Of a DNA stretch of 64,000 nucleotides, positions 60,343 to 64,000 are shown piece by piece (within the stretch, counting starts at the first letter, position 1; every line of letters begins with the position of its first letter). Origin of the DNA: Flaccisagitta enflata (taxonomy: Eukaryota); assembly GCA_965153355.1 (NCBI GenBank), contig OZ231126.1, forward strand, positions 4,650,001 to 4,714,000. Direction: 5' to 3'. The position numbers and the translations under genes are program-made. The notes under the pieces were generated by a model. The model did no database searches and had not been told where the DNA came from. It saw only the letters and a list, made by a program, of their open reading frames with translations.

Positions 60343-60435
<93 letters not shown>

Positions 60436-60777
60436 TTCAGTCGCGTGCTACGCGACTCTATAAGCCACTTTTTGGTCGGTCCGTCCGTCCGTCCGTCCGT
60501 CCATCCGTAATAAAACTGTTTTAAAGGCTTTTCAAAGTGTTTTTTATGTCTCGAATGGTAGAAAAGAAACTTGAGTAAACAGCCGTTTCAAATGTTTTTT
60601 TGAAAAAAATTGTTTGTCCGTCTGTCTGCCTGATTGTTTTTGAAAGTGCCGATGCACGCGACTTAGGTCTAATGACCTTGTTAAGTGGTGACAGGCCTTT
60701 TGAAAAGCGGCATTCCCCTGTAAATCAATCAAACTATTTGAAGCTGGTGAAGAAAACGATGATGATGTTGAAGATGG

Positions 60778-60858
60778 GGGATGATGATGATGATGATGAT
60801 GACGATGGTGATGACACTGATGATGATGATGGTAACAATGATGATGATGATGAAGATA

Positions 60859-60902
<44 letters not shown>

Positions 60903-60918
60903 AATGATGATGGTGATA

Positions 60919-60959
<41 letters not shown>

Positions 60960-61006
60960 CATGATTATGATTATGATGATGATGAATATGGTGATGATGA
61001 TGTTGT

Positions 61007-61064
<58 letters not shown>

Positions 61065-61485
61065 GATGAAGATAAGGAAGTTGAAGATTGGAGGTAATTT
61101 TATAATGATTGATGATGATGAAGTTGATAATGATGATGGTGATGATGACGATGATGAATATGATGATGATGATGTTGATGATGATGATGATGATGATGGT
61201 TTTAAGCCTTTCGTTTTTATTTTGATGATGATGATGATGATGATGTTCAGGCCTTAATGTAGAGCGTGCCCGCATGCCTGAGGCACTTTGTTTTACTGTC
61301 GGGCACGCTGTTTTTGGTGATGGCGTGCCCGGCTGGCACTCTCTCATCTCATCAGGCAAACTGAATTTCATAAGGATTGATATTTTTTATTTGATTGCTT
61401 AAAGAATGATTATTGATTCATTCAATCTTTCTTTCTTTCTTTCTTTCTTTCTGTCTTTCTTTCTTTCTTTCTGTCTTTCTTTCTG

Positions 61486-61517
<32 letters not shown>

Positions 61518-61561
61518 TCATTCATTCATTCATTCATTCATTCATTCATTCATTCATTCAT

Positions 61562-61605
<44 letters not shown>

Positions 61606-62133
61606 TCGTTCTTTCTTTCTTTCTTTCTTTCATTCATTCATTAATTTACTCATTTTTTTCATTCACTTATTCACTTATTTTTTCTTTACTTTTTGAAAAT
61701 GGAATCAAATCTCTTGAATTTCATCTATAAATCTAAAGACATTTTTTTAAAATAAGAATTCGATCAAATGAATGGATCAGGAATGTCCGATTCTCTGATT
61801 CATTCATTCATTCATTCACACTGAATTGATTTTTTTGTTCATGCAAAGGAGAATTCACATTTTCATTCAAAGGGGAATTCAAATTTTCTTGAATTATCAA
61901 TATTGGACTAACTCTGTGTTTTGCGTTCATTCTTTGCTGAATGAATACACATTTCCTGGTGAAATTGCTTCCATTATGTATGTTTGCATAATTGTATGAT
62001 AGAATCAAGTGTGATTAAAAAAATGAGGTGGAAAACCAGACACGCTCATTTTTTTTTTGGGCACGCTGAAATTCTGAGGAGTGTGCCCGGCGTGCACGCT
62101 CAACAGAATCACTAAATTAAGGCCTGATGATGT

Positions 62134-62227
<94 letters not shown>

Positions 62228-62334
62228 GATAAGGAAGTTGAAGATTGGAGGTAATTTTATAGTGATTGATGATGATGAAGTTGATAATGATGATGATGAT
62301 GATGATGACGATGATGATGATGATGTTGTTGATA

Positions 62335-62387
<53 letters not shown>

Positions 62388-62388
62388 A

Positions 62389-62428
<40 letters not shown>

Positions 62429-62480
62429 CGAGGATGATGATGATGATGATGATTTATGATGATGATGATGATGATGACAC
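60778..62480. repeat. (GAT)n arrays carrying two copies of the DEG/ENaC exon end, split by a hAT-like insertion
   Basis: GAAGATAAGGAAGTTGAAGATTGGAGGT at about 61068-61095 and 62225-62252 matches 59810-59837. Confidence 0.85.
61248..62126. mobile_element. Non-autonomous hAT-like element
   Basis: 11-bp TIR CAGGCCTTAAT / ATTAAGGCCTG, exact 8-bp TSD ATGATGTT, and subterminal CGTGCCCG/GGGCACG motifs. Confidence 0.85.
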
Positions 62481-63580
62481 ACTGCCTGGTGATGAAGGAA
62501 AATAATTTTCCAGATTTTGTTAAAAATGACCGACACTTGTTGAAACTAAGCTATTCCTATGGTCTCATCCATGAGAGATGCCTTCCAGAGGTGGGGTACA
62601 CCGATTTAGCCAAATCGGGATCCCGTTAAAAACCAGCCTTAGACCACTCGATTCATGACGTTATGTGGTAGATTGGGTCCCTATGCATCATGGTCACTAT
62701 GGTAAAGCGCATCAAGGTCGATGGTCAAGGGGTAGCGTCAGGAAGTCAAAATTATACCTTTCAACTTTGAACGGTTTTGAAGGTCTTCGAAGGTGGGTGG
62801 CAATGATGACGATGTGTTTTTCTCATACTGTTGGCTTTCAACTTCTTAGATCCGGGTGGCCGCTGGTGGCAACTCCGTAGTTTTGAAAAACGATAACTTT
62901 TAATTTCTCTTGAGCTTAAGATCTTGTGCTGGCTTATCCATTCATTTTCGGGATATGTGATTTCTAACACGCTTTTCTTATAAAGGAGCGATTTTTGCAT
63001 CATTTCCATGGAGGGAGAACTATGCATTGTAAAACCAATATGTCGGCCTTTTGATTCAGTGAATAACCCATCTTATCGATCGGAATTGTTTTGATTATTG
63101 ACAGGGAATTAAAACAAGGCCGGATACACGGCAAGACAATTGCGGACAGACAATCGTTTCAAAGATATTTGAAACCTATCAACGTACCGACGTACCAACC
63201 AACCGACATGGCAAGGTGTAGAGTCGCGTGTCCGCGACTGAAAATGATATATATTTAGATTATGATTACACCTTCTTTTCCTTCCTTTTGTTTCTACTTT
63301 TTTCTTTTTTTCTTTCTTTCCTCCTTTCTTCCTTTTTCATTGCGGACACGCGGCTCTACACCTTACCGTGTCGGTCGGTCCCTCGGTTGGTTGGTCCGTC
63401 GGTCGGTCCGTCCCGTAACATTTTTGAATTCCGAGCAATTTTTGCACTACTGCTCCTGCCCAACTGTCCACGACTGTATTGCCGTGTATCCGGCCTTGTT
63501 TTTTTTTCTTTTTTTCTTTTTTCCTTTTTTCCTTTTTTCCTTTTTTCCTTTTTTCCTTTTTTCCTTTTTTTCCTTTTTTC

Positions 63581-63670
<90 letters not shown>

Positions 63671-63735
63671 TGTTTCTTTGTTTCTTTGTTTCTTTCTTTC
63701 TTTATTTCTTTATTTCTTTATTTCTTCCTTTCTTC

Positions 63736-63789
<54 letters not shown>

Positions 63790-64000
63790 GAATTTCTGAA
63801 TTTCTATTCGTAGATCCGCGACTCTATGATAGACTGAGCCCGTCAGTCTGTTTGTCCATCTATCTGTCCATGAGTGCCGCTCGAGTTGGAAAGAGTGTGA
63901 ATGCGCCTAAAGAAACTGCAGTCCGCGATGGTATTTTAACCCGACGTAAATTGTCTATCTTTTCCGACTTCATTCATTCATTCATTCATTCATTCTTTGA

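Overview
This is repeat-rich genomic DNA from an invertebrate animal (GT-AG introns, microsatellites, nested DNA transposons); the species cannot be identified from the sequence. The centrepiece is a near-intact BEL/Pao (Belpaoviridae) LTR retrotransposon at about 21.5-35.0 kb on the + strand. Its gag and pol are in the same frame, separated by a single UGA-C stop. An 8-nt spacer and a perfect 18-bp RNA stem follow the stop, a textbook programmed-readthrough signal. Downstream of pol is a roughly 1,000-aa third ORF that is not env-like, appears to be spliced, and is joined to the pol stop by a stop-free +1-frame linker. The 3' LTR is missing. A second, decayed LTR-like element with large disordered ORFs occupies about 1-4.6 kb. 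Three host genes were rebuilt by hand: a fibrinogen-related (FReD) gene lacking the P-subdomain cysteine pair (+, 7.2-15.1 kb), a secreted CBM14-Sushi-EGF gene (-, 51.5-43.3 kb) with tandemly amplified exon edges, and the 5' part of a DEG/ENaC channel whose HG motif reads VG (+, 57.7-59.8 kb). Non-autonomous DNA elements are abundant: Transib-like, hAT-like, Tc1/mariner-like, foldback and Helentron/DINE-like. All domain calls come from motif recognition by eye; no database searches were run.
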